Source: Paraspadella gotoi | Lineage: Eukaryota > Animalia > Chaetognatha | Reading direction: 5' to 3' | Length of the DNA stretch: 64,000 nucleotides | NCBI GenBank assembly: GCA_051294375.1 | Contig: JBJCIZ010000239.1 | Coordinates: forward strand, 1,506,581-1,570,580 | In this document: positions 24,625 through 42,900 of the stretch, in pieces | Layout: every line of letters begins with the position of its first letter | How positions within the stretch are numbered: position 1 is the first letter of the stretch | Translations under genes and position numbers: made by a program | Notes under the pieces: model-generated | Seen by the model: the letters and a program-made list of their open reading frames with translations, nothing else | Databases searched by the model: none | What the model was told of the DNA's origin: nothing

Positions 24625-26262
24625 ATGGCAAAGAAAAACTGCTACTCGCCCACTTGTTCCTCTTGTTTGAACCGAATTCAAGATAGATGTTACTCGGCCA
24701 CGTGTCCGGTAAGTCGTCAAGGAACAACTATATATTGTTTCAACTGAATTTAATTAAATAAAACTCGGAAACAAGGATAAAGTTTTACAATATTTTTCAA
24801 ATGCTGCAACTCATTCCGTAGTCTTGATTCAAAATTGAAATCATTTATTATTGTTGGAATAAATTATAGGAAACATATATATAGTTTCGAATAACAGGAC
24901 ATTGAGAGAAAACTTTTGGCCGACGCGGATCGAAAAGACAAAATACAACTTTTGGATCTGAGAGACGGGCAATTCCAAGTCATGGACCAACTGGAAAGTC
25001 TTCAAACTAAGGTAAGTCAAAAAGAGAAAACCCAGGGAAAGATTAAAAAAATGTTTATTCGCATTTTTTTATTTTTTTTGTGGTCCAAAAATGGTTAATT
25101 TATTTACTGCCAACCATAACCCATTTCTTCATTCCTATTTCTTACTTCAGATGGAGAATCTCAAAAACACCGTGAGAAGCGACATCAATGATGAAGCAAC
25201 GTTGAAACGACTTCAAGAATGTCCCACGGTAAGCGTTGACTCTGATGTCCTGATAATAAAACTGACATTAGACAAACCGACGTTTCCAACATCCCTTCCG
25301 CCCGCAGACAACCCCCAAGAAGTTCCGCGACCTCGTGGTGAAGGCGTCTCCCCGCAACCCTCCCCTTTCACTCTTCGCTCTCGTCCCGCTGCTGCGGCGT
25401 CGATTCCGCGTCGCCGCCTTCGTCCACGCCCACTCCTCCGTCGGTAGCGTCGACGTGGCGCTGCGGGAAGCCTTCGGGGACCAGGCGGCGTGGTAAGGAA
25501 GAAGAGGGTCTGTTAATCTATATTAGGATTCATGATCGACATATCGTCGAATTTCTCTCAGCGAGAGTCGAGGCAATTACGAACTCGTGGTGACTCTGAT
25601 CTGGAAGGAGACTCCTTTCGATCGACCGCAACTCGTCGTCGACAACAAGAACGCCATCATCGGCGAAGTCAACATCGCCAGGTCAGGATGGGAATGAGCG
25701 ATTTGAATAACGAAGAAACGAGCAAAGGAACAAACGAGCACACGAAACTAACGAAGAAAAGAACAAGAAAAAACGAACTATTTTAGAAACTAATGGAGTT
25801 ATAATAAAGCCAACAAATGAGGGACCTTTTAAAAACAAAGAAACGAAACGTTAATCGGTCAGTCAGTCAAATCCTCATACTGGATTCCTCAGATACTTCC
25901 GCCGCCTCCTCTCCCCTGGCCCCTCATCCGAAGATCTTAGTTCCGCGGTGCCGGCGTCCCTCGCCGACGCTCTCCTCGACGCCGTCTCGAACCTTCTTGA
26001 CGGCGCCGGTTCGTCCAAGGGCGCCAAGGAGCGGGCGGCGCTCGTCAAATCCGTAGCGTCGAGTCTGTCCCTCCGAAAGTGGCTAGGAGCGGCGGGAGGC
26101 GACGACGACTCGGCTGGACCAGGGGTCGAGGACGTCGTCGTCTGGCCGTACCTGGCATCCGTCTTGGACGAGATCGTCTCTCTGCCCAGAGTCGTCGAGG
26201 ACTGGATGCGTCGATGCAACGAGGCTCAAGTTTGTCTTCAAGTCAAGAAATTTCTTCGCTAA
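24625..26262 (+). CDS. AIMP2: AIMP2/JTV-1-like aminoacyl-tRNA synthetase complex scaffold, paralog 1 (multi-exon)
   Basis: Spliced RDLVVKASPRNPPLSLFAL...VHAHSSV...YELVVTLIWK...IIGEVNIARYFRRL matches AIMP2 (DIVINANPASPPLSLLVL, VHTHSSV, YQLGFTLIWK, IEGEGNIARFL). GST-C-like end KWLG...EDVVVW...WMRRC. Confidence 0.85.
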
Positions 26263-26810
26263 AGTTTTATCGATTTTGTTCTGATTTTTTAAGTCTCTTT
26301 ACTCCTTAAGTGCCTTGAATTTTTATGGTGTAGAAGAAGATGGTCGACTGGAAGGGATTCCTTGCGTCCCCGCATTATTTTTTAGCTTCGTAGTTAATTT
26401 ATTAGTCGCATAGGCATAACTTATTCGATTTTTTTTCGCCCCTGAGTTCGACCCAAGCGGTTTCCTTTGAACTCGGAAAAAAAAAATTATCTTTTCTCTC
26501 ACAACACGAAACATTAAACTAAATAACCAATCATGTCTGACTCGAATCTGACTGTTTAACTCGCACAATCGCATCCGGGAATAATTATTCGCTGCCGTTT
26601 GGACTTTTGCCTACTTTTATTTCTTGATTAATCGATAATCGTTAGTCTGAGCGAAACCCGTTTTCCCAGTTAGAATTTTTTTTTCCCTCTTTTCCCGAAT
26701 TAATGACTGAACATAAAATGTCTGACACGAAAAAAAATACATAGCGACTTAGTTGAAACTTTATCCGCGCCACTGGCGCCTTTCTTCTCGTCTCGGATCC
26801 GAGGCCCTTC

Positions 26811-30743
<3,933 letters not shown>

Positions 30744-31650
30744 GAGCTCAGGGAAAATTGAGGAAAGAAAGAAAAATCTCGAAATGAAATCTTTTGCTTC
30801 GAAATTTAGTCTAATTTATCTTATCATCCACATTACTTTAAACAGCGGACATTGCTTGAAAAATTAATTTACCTAATCAACTAATATTCTTAAATAAAAC
30901 GTCGCACTATTTTGCGTTCCTTCGATAAACAAAAGAACATGGTTGTATTCTTACGCGATAAATTCTAATCTAATCTAATGATAATTGATATAGCCTATAT
31001 TATATTATTTTATAGCCTATATTATACGGTCATCGTGAGATCAAGAATTAACCGATTCTGATATTGTTACTAACAATGTAAGTCCGATTCCTCAATTTAC
31101 AATAGACCTTCACTCAAAATAAGATCCTTGATTAAGATTACGAACTCTATTACTAACATAAAGAAACAATAGTTGTCTGAAGTCAGTTTAAATATAACTA
31201 GCTAATTACCCCTTAATGGTAGTTGGTATTTTTCTTCCCGAATTTTGAAAATGATTAAGACAAATAAATTGTAAAAATATATATTAATTATAGCAGTGTA
31301 TTTTCATTTAAAAATGCTTGACAAAATTATAAAGTTTAAGCTTATTACATTATAAGCTGCCTCTAGGTTATAAAGTAAAATGTCCAGTAAGATTTAGAAT
31401 CAAGCAAGTGCATTGTACAATCACAACATTCCTAATTTCATCAAAACATTTGTGATTCGATTTCAAAAATTTATCAGCTTTGGTAACGTCATTCTTTTTT
31501 CTTCGAGTGAGACAAAGCGTGTCTAGTTTTTTAAGACGATCTCGAATCACAAGCCATATTATTGCACAGTCAAAGTGAACAGTGAAACAAAAAGTATGTA
31601 TAAATTTCTCCAGTTCATCATTTAAAAATTATCCAATGACTCCTCGGCGT

Positions 31651-33757
31651 CTACGAGGGTCGAACTCCGCTTCCGCCGCCCGCCGCCTCCGCAGCCGATG
31701 ACTTGACGCGGTCTTTGAGGCGGAGCTCGCGGTGCCTCGCCTCCAGGATCTTCTCTCGGCGCGACTCTCGCTCGAACATGGCTCCCACTAACAGCTTCTC
31801 GTTGGGCTGAACAAGATTAATTAATAAATTTTAAATACGTGGCTGGATTGGAAAATTATATATTATAAATGTATAGATAAGTAAATGGTTACACTGCATT
31901 ACTAAATTTTCAAAACGAGCAACAGAAAACCTGAATTAAAACATAACGGAACTGAGAGGAAATTAATTAATCAATAAATGAATTTCTAAATTCATCAATT
32001 TTAAAAATCAAAAATAATAAAAACAAAAAGTAAAAAAAAAAAAAGTTAAGAAATACATCCCCTACCTGTAAAATGCAGAGGTTGTCCGAGAGCTCGATGA
32101 GCGTGGTGGCACCGCCCCGGGACCCGCAGGCGATGAAGCGTCCGTTGTCGTGGATCCTCAGACTGTAGAGAGGATCGTCGGCGACTTGGACCGACAGCGT
32201 TGGGTCCGTCTGTTTGAAGATCATGTCCCAGATGTCGAGCGTCCCGTCCATTTTCGTCGTGAAGTAAACGCCGGGTCTTCGGGGTTAATAAGTAAATAAG
32301 CATTGTTTATAGGTATAATAACTGAGTTATTAATACTTAAAAAAAAGGATAATTTTAAACTTTTAAAGTAACAGCATACAAATTTAGCAACACTGATTCA
32401 AAACACGACAATATGCCAATGAGATTGAGAGCCTCATGGATTTCAGTTTAGTGAACCACCAACCTGGTGGGCGACCAGCAGGCGTCGGTGAGATAGTGCT
32501 GGTGATTCTTCGTCCACATAATGGAGGATTCCTTGATGTCCTCGGACCAGATGCGCGCGACCCAGTCGCCGACAGAGAGGAAGTTCTTGGCGAAGAAGGG
32601 GTTGCGTTGGAGAGAATAAACGGGGCCGTGATGTCCTGGGGATTGTAACGTTAATTGTATATCCGGGTTCGTTACAAGAACATCCTTCTAATACCTGAAT
32701 ACACAGCCACAATTTTTTCGGCAGGTGTTTTCGCTTTGCGGTTGCAACCCAGGATCGCTCCTTGTTCCGTTCCCACCATGAATCTGGCCCAGAAGTAGAC
32801 CCAACTTTAACATTATGACTAAATAAAACATCCAATGAGTGAATTAAGTAATTTAATCTTAATAATTTTAATTTTAATAATTTTTAATTTCAATTTAAAT
32901 AATTTAGTGAATTAGTAATTTCCAACCTGGTGGGAATCGTAGGCTCGTACTCCAGGGTCATTGCGCCTTGGGCTTTCTTCGGGTTGCAGGATTTCGTCGG
33001 GTCCAGAATCAACCTCTCCGTGGACCCGTCCAATTTTCTCGTGTCCCACCAGATGGCAGTCCCGTCGGTCGAGCCGGAGAAGCACTCCGTCCCTGGAGAA
33101 TGAGGACAAATCCGTCAGGAAATTTTTAAGCCAACAAACAAAACGGGGGGGGGGGAGAAATGAGCAAATATATACCTCAGGGATTCTTTCAAGGAGTGCA
33201 ACGCTTGCTCGGTGGTCTCTATAAAAGTGGCGAGTGAATTTAACGTAAAAATCGTGTCGTTGCATTAAAAATTAATATAAACTGAGGCTGTGAAAATGTG
33301 AGAGGATGGTGACGATAACGAAAATGGCGACGCGCGTCGGATTGCTCGGCCGACCGGTTTTGGAATTGAGCCAAATGACTTTGTAGACGGGGTCGTGGTG
33401 GGCGACTTCGGCCGGCGTCATCTCGACCGGGGACGATCCCTTGCGGGTGTCCCAAACGCCCAGTTGACCGTTGTAGCAACCGCCTGGGACCGGAAAAAAA
33501 AAGGAACTATAAATGTTAACTGTCCTTTTATAAAACCTGTAATACTATTACTAATACTATTCCTAATAGACGTTGACGAACCGATAAGAACGTGAGAGTC
33601 TTTGGGGTTGTATTCCAAGGAGACGATGGACGATGGCGGACGAAGCGCCATCTCGGGTTTATTCGGATTCTCCGTGTCCCAAATGTAGGAATACCTGAAG
33701 GAGATCTTTATTCATTCATTCTTTCATTCATTAGTGTTCTATTTCCTCTTTTCTTCC

Positions 33758-33817
<60 letters not shown>

Positions 33818-35197
33818 CTTAAACCATCTCCATTCTCCCTCACATGTTGTCGTCCCCACTCGAGCCGCGAAACTCCAAGCTACTATAAGCGACGGCAATC
33901 TTGGAGGGCCCGTCGGGTCCTTCTGGCAGCCACGAGATACTGGAGGCCGTGTGCTGCTTGGCTTCGGGGCCCAGCGTCGGCGCCCAGGGGTTGCGGTAAA
34001 CGTTTATGGTCTTTGCCGAAGGCTCCTTGAGTTTTGAGTATGGTTAAAAGAAAAGCGGAAAGAGAGGTTAAGATTTGGAATTAAGCGGGCCAGACTGTCG
34101 GGACAATAAACGGCGAGAATCTTTACCAGACTGTCGTGAGAACAATAGACAAGGAGAAATCCTTACCTCGTCGAACTCCACATCCTCTATGTCGCCAAAA
34201 TACTCCTCGTAAATATCGATGGCGTTGTTCTGTTTGATGCAATGCTCCATAACGGAACTGAGAGGAAATGAATGAATAAATAAATCAATTATTTTAATTT
34301 ATCGACGAAAAAGGGAAAAAAAGAAAATTGTATTTAATTTTTTTTTTCACCCGAGCTGCACGATGGTGTTGACGTAAAGTTCATCTTTTTCAACTTTTTT
34401 CCGGTAGCGAATAGTTTGCTCCATTTCCTAGAAATGAAAAAAAAAGCACAATAAAAATGAGGTAAAAAATGAAGAGAGGAGGTTTTTCTCTTTTTACGAA
34501 CCTGCGGGTTGACGTCCTTAGGCCATCCGCCTTCCACGTGATTCAACCCACGCGATTCGGTTTCGTACCTTTGGCACAAAAATGTAATAATTAGTTTAAT
34601 GACAATGATAAAAATTAAATATTTTTAGTATTTTTGTAAAATCATCCAACAGAACTTATAATATATCTCTGCCTACTCATAGTCCGACACTTTTCACTAC
34701 CGAACTTTCTTCCCACCCCCCCCAAAAAAAAAAAAATTCCTATTCCACTCAATCCTAACCATCGCCGAAGAGACCAACCCCCCAAATACCTTTCCGTATT
34801 AGCGTCGTGTTCGGACATGCTCTGCGCGCACTGGATCCCGATGTCCACCGGATCCTTGTAGACGAAGTTGGCGAACATTTCGTCGTCGGGGGCGATGTCG
34901 ACGTGGAGCTCCGCCGCCCTGAAAAAATTATTATTTTAATGTTGAGAGAAAAAGGTTTGTTAGAAAAAAAAAAAACAGCGGACATGTTTCGGCTTTTATT
35001 TTGCGTTAATAATTTGTTTCAAATATTTAACGAAGAAAAGAGAGAGAGAACGAAAAGAAAGCAAAATACCACGATTTTAATGTCAAAAATGGGGGCAATC
35101 TGACCCAGCCCAGCTTCCCTCAAACTGACCTGTCCGAAAAGTTGCACTGTCGACCAAACTCTTGTCGCTTCTTCGTGTAGACGTAGACGATCTCCAT
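31651..35197 (-). CDS. DNAI2: Axonemal outer-arm dynein intermediate chain 2 (WD40), multi-exon
   Basis: [86 protein letters not shown] and [18 protein letters not shown] all match DNAI2. Confidence 0.95.
33760..33812. repeat. (TC)n microsatellite
   Basis: Read directly from the sequence. Confidence 0.9.
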
Positions 35198-35785
35198 GAC
35201 GACGACTTTCAAAATCGATCCGTCGATTCGAAACTTACAAACTCTCGAGGTCTAAAACCAAAACTGCACCGATTCTCTTACATCACCGACTCCTGCGATT
35301 GTCAAAAGATTAAGGATAAAAACAAATTTATTAATCGCTCCAGACTTATTTATTTATTTCACTTTTTTTTTAATAAAATAACGAATTACAATTGATCGTT
35401 TTAGAGTTGCCGATAATAAATTGTCGGAAGGAAAAAAAATGCAATGGCGAGACGCATTATTATCACGTGAACATCATAACGATAAATAATTTAGTCGTGA
35501 AAAGCATTAACTTAAATGATTTATTAACTCACATAAGTCCCATTAATATTTCGATGACCTTCAAACAATTTAAATATCCCGTTCATTATCGTTAATGAAT
35601 ATAACAACGGTCTCTGCCGAATGCCTGCGACGATGCATAAAAACAACATAAAAAAACAAAAAAAAAACAAAAAAAACACTGGGATGGAAGCGAGGTTGGA
35701 ATTGAGTAACCGCAAAGTTCCTTGAGTTTCATGAGGCGCCGAAAAACGCAAATCGCGCCGGAAAGCGAAAAAAAAAGCGCGCCGA

Positions 35786-37053
35786 TTATCCCTCGGCGCC
35801 GCGAACGCCGAACTTGTCCTTCAGATTGTCCTGAGCGGAACCGATGGTGACTTTTGCGTTCTCCTTCGTCTTTTCCAGCTTCTCCTTGGCGTTCTCCCTC
35901 GTCTTCTCAAGCTTCTCCTTGGCCTGATCGAGCGGCTGCCTCCACCGCTCCTTGGCGCGGTCCCGCATCAGCGCCGCCCTCTCCCGCAGCATCCGTCGCT
36001 TCTGCTCGATGAAGGGGTGGACGGGGAAGAGAGGGGCGCCGGACGTAGACGGCGACGCCGCCTCGAAATCCTCGTCGTAGATTTGGCGGAGGACGAGGTC
36101 GAAGCCGGAGGCGGTCCTGGCCACGTTCTTGGTCCATCGCTGGATCCCGAACCGCTCGATGAGGTTGCCCGTCGGGGCGTACCATTGGCTGGAGACCCAG
36201 AACATCTTGTGACTTAGTGTCGAAGGTTTGCCTGTGGAGTGTGGATGAGGGAGGGGACGTTAGGTTGGGGCGTGAAAAATGGGTAAATGCAGTTTCGCTT
36301 TGAAATTAAAAGAATAAGAGAAGGAGAAACAAAAGACTCGCTGCACCATATTAACTATCTAAAGGTCCGACGAACATAATTTCGGCCAATTCGATTCTTT
36401 GGAGTCGGATGAAGGGGGTTTAGACTAAATGGGGGGGAAAAAAATTATAGACTTGTTAATGATACTGTTCTTAAGGATCACATCTTTGTCGGGGCCGCAA
36501 AATTATTCGCCAATCCTTAAATCCTCCTTACCGACCTTTTTCGTCAACTCCACAGGTGTAGACGACCTTCTCCGTCGTCTCCATCAACGACTTGTGGGAG
36601 ACGTTTCTGCAGTAGGTCGTCAGCGTCTTCGCTTTGGGGTCGACGATGCTCTCCTCCACGATGGGGACGCGGCTGGCGGGCATGAGCTTCTTGCCCCACC
36701 CGGGAATCGAGTTGGTCTTCATCAGCAGCCGCCGGGTGTAGAGAGTCCCGTCGGGGCGAAGCTGGCGGGAAATTGGGGCGTTGGAAGAATTGAATAGGTC
36801 AAATATGTTTGAGGTCTCACCTCTCGACTCAGGACATCTTCGGTCAAAACGTGTTGGGCGAAAGGATTCGGGTATCGAGCCCAAAAGGCCACCACCACCT
36901 GCCAACGGAAAATCGCGTATGAACATATGATTGCATAGTTAGACTAATTCATATAAACTTCAAAAGTCGATCCGAAATCACGGAGATTACGAGATTCACA
37001 TTCACCTGATCCCAGCCGAAGTTGAGAGAATCGATCACAGTTTGAAATCTCAT
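35786..37053 (-). CDS. PRELID1: PRELI/Ups1-family mitochondrial lipid-transfer protein with LEA-like tail
   Basis: Spliced WDQ/VVVAFWARYPNPFAQHVLTEDVLSRE/...TRRLLMKTN...IVEESIVDPKAKTLTTYCRN, then IERFGIQRW and C-terminal AKEKLEKT repeats. Confidence 0.88.
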
Positions 37054-37787
37054 CTTTTCTTTTTTTTCTCGTTTCACAAATTCACATTAGATTTTTCGTC
37101 TCTTTATGTCGGCGTCCCATCACTCGGCCGAAAGTGGAATGGGTTCAGAGGCGGAAAAAAAAACTGAGCATCACTGTAACCCCGAGAGGGAGAGCGGGCC
37201 AAAAGAAAAAAACATAACTGAGCAACGCCGTATGGAAAAATGAGAGAGAGAGTGTTCTGTAATTATGAGGACTAGTCAAACGGAAGCTTGTAATCTTTTC
37301 TACGTATCTCTCTCTCTCTCTCGTAGCATCGGGTAACAAAAATATTGCGTTTAACACGGTCGCAGTCTTTTTTAACTCGAAAACGAACGATCAACGATGA
37401 AAAAGAAAAAAAGAAAAAAAGAAAGAAAAAGCCAAATTTTAAAAAACGAACACTGGCTCCAAAAACTTGGATTTCCGCAACCGACTCTTCCGGAACATCG
37501 AAACGACGATCGCTTCCAACTCTTTTTTCCTCATATAACTCCAAGCGTCCGAATATCCAATCAAAATCGAGATCAATTAATAAATCAATACTAAAAAAAA
37601 AATCTCGCTATTTACAATAAAAATTGGAAAAGAAAAAAAATTGATTTGTTTTTTTTTCTGAGAGCTATGAAAAAATTCAGGAAACACTGGAGGGGGGGGA
37701 CAAATCCGTTAAATTTTGACGGTAGCCGAAAAAACTAAAGAGATGCCGAGATGATCAACGTCGCAACTTTCGTCGTCGCCGCCGCCT

Positions 37788-39640
37788 TCAAAAGATGCCC
37801 GGCTGGAAGTTGGAAGGCAGCGCGCCGCCGAACCTCTTGGCGATGCGCGACTGCGCCGCGGCGCCGAGCTGCAGACCGTAGAGATGCACCAGCTGCATCT
37901 CGAATTTGGCCAGCTGGATGGCCTTGTCGAAGAGCCGCAGAGCAGCGTCAAAGTTGTGACGCTGGACTTCGAGCGTGCCGAGGATTTCATAGGCGAACTC
38001 GCAGAGGGGATCCATGTCCAGCGCTTTTTGGATGAGCGCGCAAGAATTGGGAATGTCGTTCTTCCAGTGGAGGAGGCAGAGACCGCGGTGAACCTGCGGA
38101 AAACGTGAATATCAGGTTAGAGTTAAAAAAAAAAGAACACGAATTCACTCTGGCAACATACGCTAACATCTGACACTCTCACCAGCATAGATGCGTTATC
38201 TTTCTCCACACTCAATGCTTTCTGAAACATCTTGTCGGCGTTCTCGAACTGTTGCTGGTCTAACAGCACCTGGCCCAGCAAACCCCAGCCTTCGGCGCAT
38301 TCGGGAAACTTGTCGACGATTTGATAAAAATCTTTCATGGCCTTTTCGATCTTGCCCGGATCTTGCTCGGCCACGGCCTTGCCGTACCGGGCGTAGCAGC
38401 TCTGCACGGCGGTAACGGGCGAGGACGGACAGAGCACGACGCACTTGTCGAAGTCGGACACGGCCTCGGCAAAGTTGTTCATCATGAGGTGGACTTGTCC
38501 TCTGTGATGATAGGCGTCGGAGTTGTCCTTGTCCAGCTCCATCGCTTTACGAAAATCGTCCAGCGCCGCCCCCGTGTCGTTGGTTTGCATCCAGAGGCCG
38601 GCGCGGCGGACGCGCGCCGTAACCAGGAGATCGACATTAGGCGCCGGGTCGGAGCCGAGTAGGGCGTCGAGGTCCTTGGAGGCGCGGGCACCACATCCCT
38701 GCAGAACGAGAAAGGTGGCTCGAAGGAGCAGCGCCTGCGACCGGAAAGGCGTCGATTCGTTGGCCAACTCCTGGTCGCACAAGTCGATGATGTCGCCGTA
38801 AGATTCCCGCGCCAACAGAGCCTGCGCTTTGCGGTAGGGAGAGGCGTCGGCGTCTGCTCCGGCGTCACCGTTTCCGGCTTCGGCGTCGCGACGCCGGGCG
38901 ACGGCCTCGTTGTAGACTGGATCGTGGGAGAAGGCGGAGAAGTAAGTGCGAATGAAATGGGTGGAAGGAAGGACGGGATCTCGGCCGGCAGAAAACGTCG
39001 CCTCCGCCTTCTCCTTGCCCAGCTGCTTGAGGATTCTCTCCAGCGTGACGAAAGTGTTGGGGTTGGGTTCGAGGGCGCAGGCAAGAGAAACGTCGTCGAG
39101 ACAGTCGACGAGGCGCTTCTGTTGTTCGTAGGCTTTAGCTCGCCGCGTCAAGGCCTTCACGTATTTGGCGTTGTACTCGAGAGCACGAGAGCAGTCGGCA
39201 ACGATCTTCTCGTAGTCTTTGAGGTTCTCGTAGGCGGCGGCGCGATTCTGGTAGAAGGTGGCCAACTCTTGGGCGTTCTCCGCCGGGCATTCATCGATGG
39301 CCTTGGTGTAGTTCTCGATGGCGGCGTCGAACTTCCCCAGCTTGAAGAGTTTGTTGCCCTTGTTCTTGAGAGCGACGGCCTTTTCCAGCGGGGAGCGGAG
39401 ATCCTCCACTTGAGGCTTCTTGTCGACCGTGTTGGGAGGAACGACGGCGACGAGCGGATCCGGTTTTGACGGCGCCTTGGCTTCTTCCGGGGGGCGTTTC
39501 TCTCCTCCGCGGCGGAGCATGTAGCAGCCGAGGCCAAGAGCGGCCACTGGGGTTCCCAAAAGAAGAGCCAACTTCCATCGGGGCATCTCGGACAAGGAGG
39601 TCTTTAAGTTTTCAAAAACGGATCGGTCTTGTCTCGACAT
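37788..39640 (-). CDS. TOMM70: Mitochondrial import receptor TOM70 (exons 38183-39640 and 37788-38093)
   Basis: N-terminal TM WKLALLLGTPVAALGLG, TPR clamp KNKGNKLFK...TFYQNRAAAYE...KALTRRAKA, LPSTHFIRTYFSAFSHDP, and CEFAYEILGTLEVQR. Confidence 0.95.
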
Positions 39641-39940
39641 TATATTTTTTTTCGGCTGAAAGTCTTAGAGAAAGGGATTTTTGACTGGAAAAACTAGAGA
39701 AAAAGAAATATCACAGGGAAATTTAGGGCACAAGGAATATTTCAAAATTAATATCACAGCTTTGTTCGACAATGATTGAAGTTTAATCACAATACTTTAG
39801 TTTAAAAAAGATTAAAAAAAAGATATAAACCAACAAAGTGAGCTAAAATGAAAACAAAAAGAGAGTTTGCGACTCCAGTTTTTAAAATAAGCGCGATAAA
39901 AAAAATATTATAGCAGGGTGGTGTATCTATGTAAGCGACA

Positions 39941-42900
39941 TCAAAGGTTTTGTTGCGTCAACTCGGACAGAAATCCTTCGATCTTTTCCTTCAAGTTTTC
40001 CAAATGTTTTCTGCGTTCTTTGTACGAAGGAGCGTGCGTGCGGCAGACGTGCAATCCCTTCTCAGCATATTCCACAGAGCATTTGAAATATGAGGCTTTC
40101 TGGGGGGGGGAGTGAAAATATGAGTCTTTGGAAAAAAACTCAAAATCATTTTATCCTACCTTTTCTTTCTTTCCGTAAAATGCGTAAACATCCGCCAAAT
40201 CCTTGGAAACTTTCAAAATCCAAAACTGGTCCGAACGAGGAAAATATCGGACGGCTAATTCGTAAGCCTTTTCCATATCTTCTAATCCCGAAGCCCATTT
40301 GTTAACCGCAAAGTAAGAGTACAGGGTGCAAAGGCCGTCGTGATTTTTCAAGAGGATCGTTTGTGGCCAATCGACCTCCATAAAGTCCTCCGCTTGATCC
40401 GTATTCGGCGAGGAAGAAGGCCCACCGACATGTTTCAACTTGTTCATGATTTTCACGGACTCCTTAAAGACGAGAAGCGCGGGACTATAAGTCTGGCGAT
40501 CCATGTAAAAATCACCGAGCCGTTTATAGGCGGTGGCAGTTTGTTCGTGATCGCCTAAACTGTCGACGAACTTATTCCGAAGTTTTTGCAATTTCCTCAA
40601 TACCTTAAAATCGTTTTTCTTGTAGCACTGACACTTCGCATCAAATGTTTTATTCTTTGCCATTTCAACGCCAAGCGATGCATCGCAAAATTCGCAAGTG
40701 TCTCCTTGGGGAAGCGACTTGCTCTCTTCTTTCAACTGGCACATCTGGAATTCCCATTCATCGAGATCTTTATGTCTCTGAGCTTCTGAATCGGTCGGGG
40801 ACCACTGCTCCAATTTTACCAGAGCTTGCGAAAATAATTTGAGCGTCAACCTTCTAAATTTGGGGCTCACGGAATGAGACCGGGCGTCGGCGTACAGAAA
40901 ATAAGAAACCACGTACGGAGCGCACGGATGCTCAAGTAGCAAATTTTTTTTCTCCTTGTAAACAGGAGCGATTTTGTACAAAAACTTTTTGGCGTTTTTA
41001 ATATTATCCACTTTTCCTCCAGGATTGTTTCGGCGTAAAAATTCGTTGCAGTAAGAAAGCGACGCGACGAAGATATTACGAACGACTGGCAATTCTTCAC
41101 CTGCGATGATTTGATCCTGGTTTAGTTCCAACCAGTTTTTGGATTTCGAACCAATACCCTCCGCTACTTTAAGAATTCGATCAAAAGGAATCACGTATTC
41201 GAGAAACATGAAAAACTTAGGCAAGAGCCACTCCTGTGCGGAAAATGCCTCGATTAAAACGGACAGGCTCATGGAATCGCCGGCAAGAGTATCACGAGAT
41301 AACTCTCGAAACACTTGGTCGAAAAAGGACCAATCTTTCATGAAAGAGACGATGGCTTCGGACAATCCGTTTTTTGTCCAAGAATGCAGCGCGATTCTTT
41401 TCAATTCCTTCAAGAAAAAATCGAAGACGGTTTTGGACCATCTCTCCACTTTCGGGGAAAGCGTTCGAGATCCTTTGACGCATTCGCGAACGAAGTTGTG
41501 GACCGAGAGTCGGACCGAGCCGAGAACGATGCCGAGTTTTTCCAACTTGGCGCAAATGGCGTCGATGACGGCGTCGTTGTAATCTGCCGACGACGCCGTC
41601 GCTACTCGAAAAATATCGGACTTGGCAAACTCTCCGTCAAAGACGCTGCACAAGGCTAATATCTCCTTTTCACTCTCGGAAAATTGGCCAAAGGCCCAGT
41701 TGAGCTCCTGAAAATCCCGGATCTTCATTCCCTCGTCGGCTCGACGAAGAATGAACAAGAACAAAGGATTACCTTGGGCCTTTTCTACGATGGCGCGGAT
41801 GCGATCCTCGTCGGTCAGTCCCTCGCTTCGCAGCCATTTCTCCGCCAAGTTATTGTTTAAAGGCCTAAGAGGCCACTCGGCAGCGTTCAAGGATTTGACA
41901 GGAATGTCGGTAGAGGTTAGAATCAACTTAACGTTGCCCGAACTGACGAGCGAATCGAGAAAGAATCGAAAGTTTTCCTCTTCCTTGGAATCGCCCAACA
42001 GTCTCTCGCATCCGTCCAAGATGAAGAGATACTTGACGAGTGGATCCTTGGCGACGTTGTGACAACAACGCGCCGACTGCTGATCCTTGGGTTTTTCGTG
42101 GAAGACGAAGGCGCAAATGGCCTCGGCGACTCGTTCGGTGTTTTCCTTGTGCAAAACGTGAAAGATGAAGCGGCGATGAAAACTGCGCTGCGAATCCACG
42201 GCCGCTTGTTTCGCAAGTTCCGTTTTCCCGATACCCGGTGGACCGTGAATCAGGATCATATTTCTTTGTAGCAAATTCCGAGAAATGATTTCGAGTTCAT
42301 TTTTTCGATTTTGACGCAGAGAATCTTGCAGGACGTGACCCGGTGAGATGTTGCAGGAAAGAAATTCGGAGAGCGGAAGCTGCGTGGGAAGAGACGAAGC
42401 CGACGAGGGCGAGTTCACGTGGAAAACGTTGTTGTCGCCGATAACGTTTTCCGCTCGTGCCGTCTCCGCGCTCGTGCCTGTCACGTGACTAAATCCAGTT
42501 TCGGTGGAATCCGCATCCGATGAACTTGCGTGATCGTGGTTTTGGACGCGTTTGTCGTCGCCGAAGTCTTCTTCGTCGCAGTCGACGTAATCATCATCAT
42601 CATCGTCATAATCTTCGATTTCGTCTTCAAAGACCTGAGCGTACAACTGTTCGTCAATCGCCGATTGATTCGGCGCTCGAAAAACGGAGCTGCCTTCAAC
42701 GCTCTCGTTCTCCCTCTTCGTTAGCCGACAGTCGGCCGGATCCGCTCGCGCTTCCGGCAGATTCGAAATCGGACGGATATCGTCCGTCGATGTCTGAAAA
42801 TCTGGAGCTGGTGCTGGAGATACAACATCATGTCCGACGTTGCCTCGAGGGGCGCCGTGTTGAAAGGCGCCGGGTTGAGGGGCGCCGTCGCTTGATTCGC

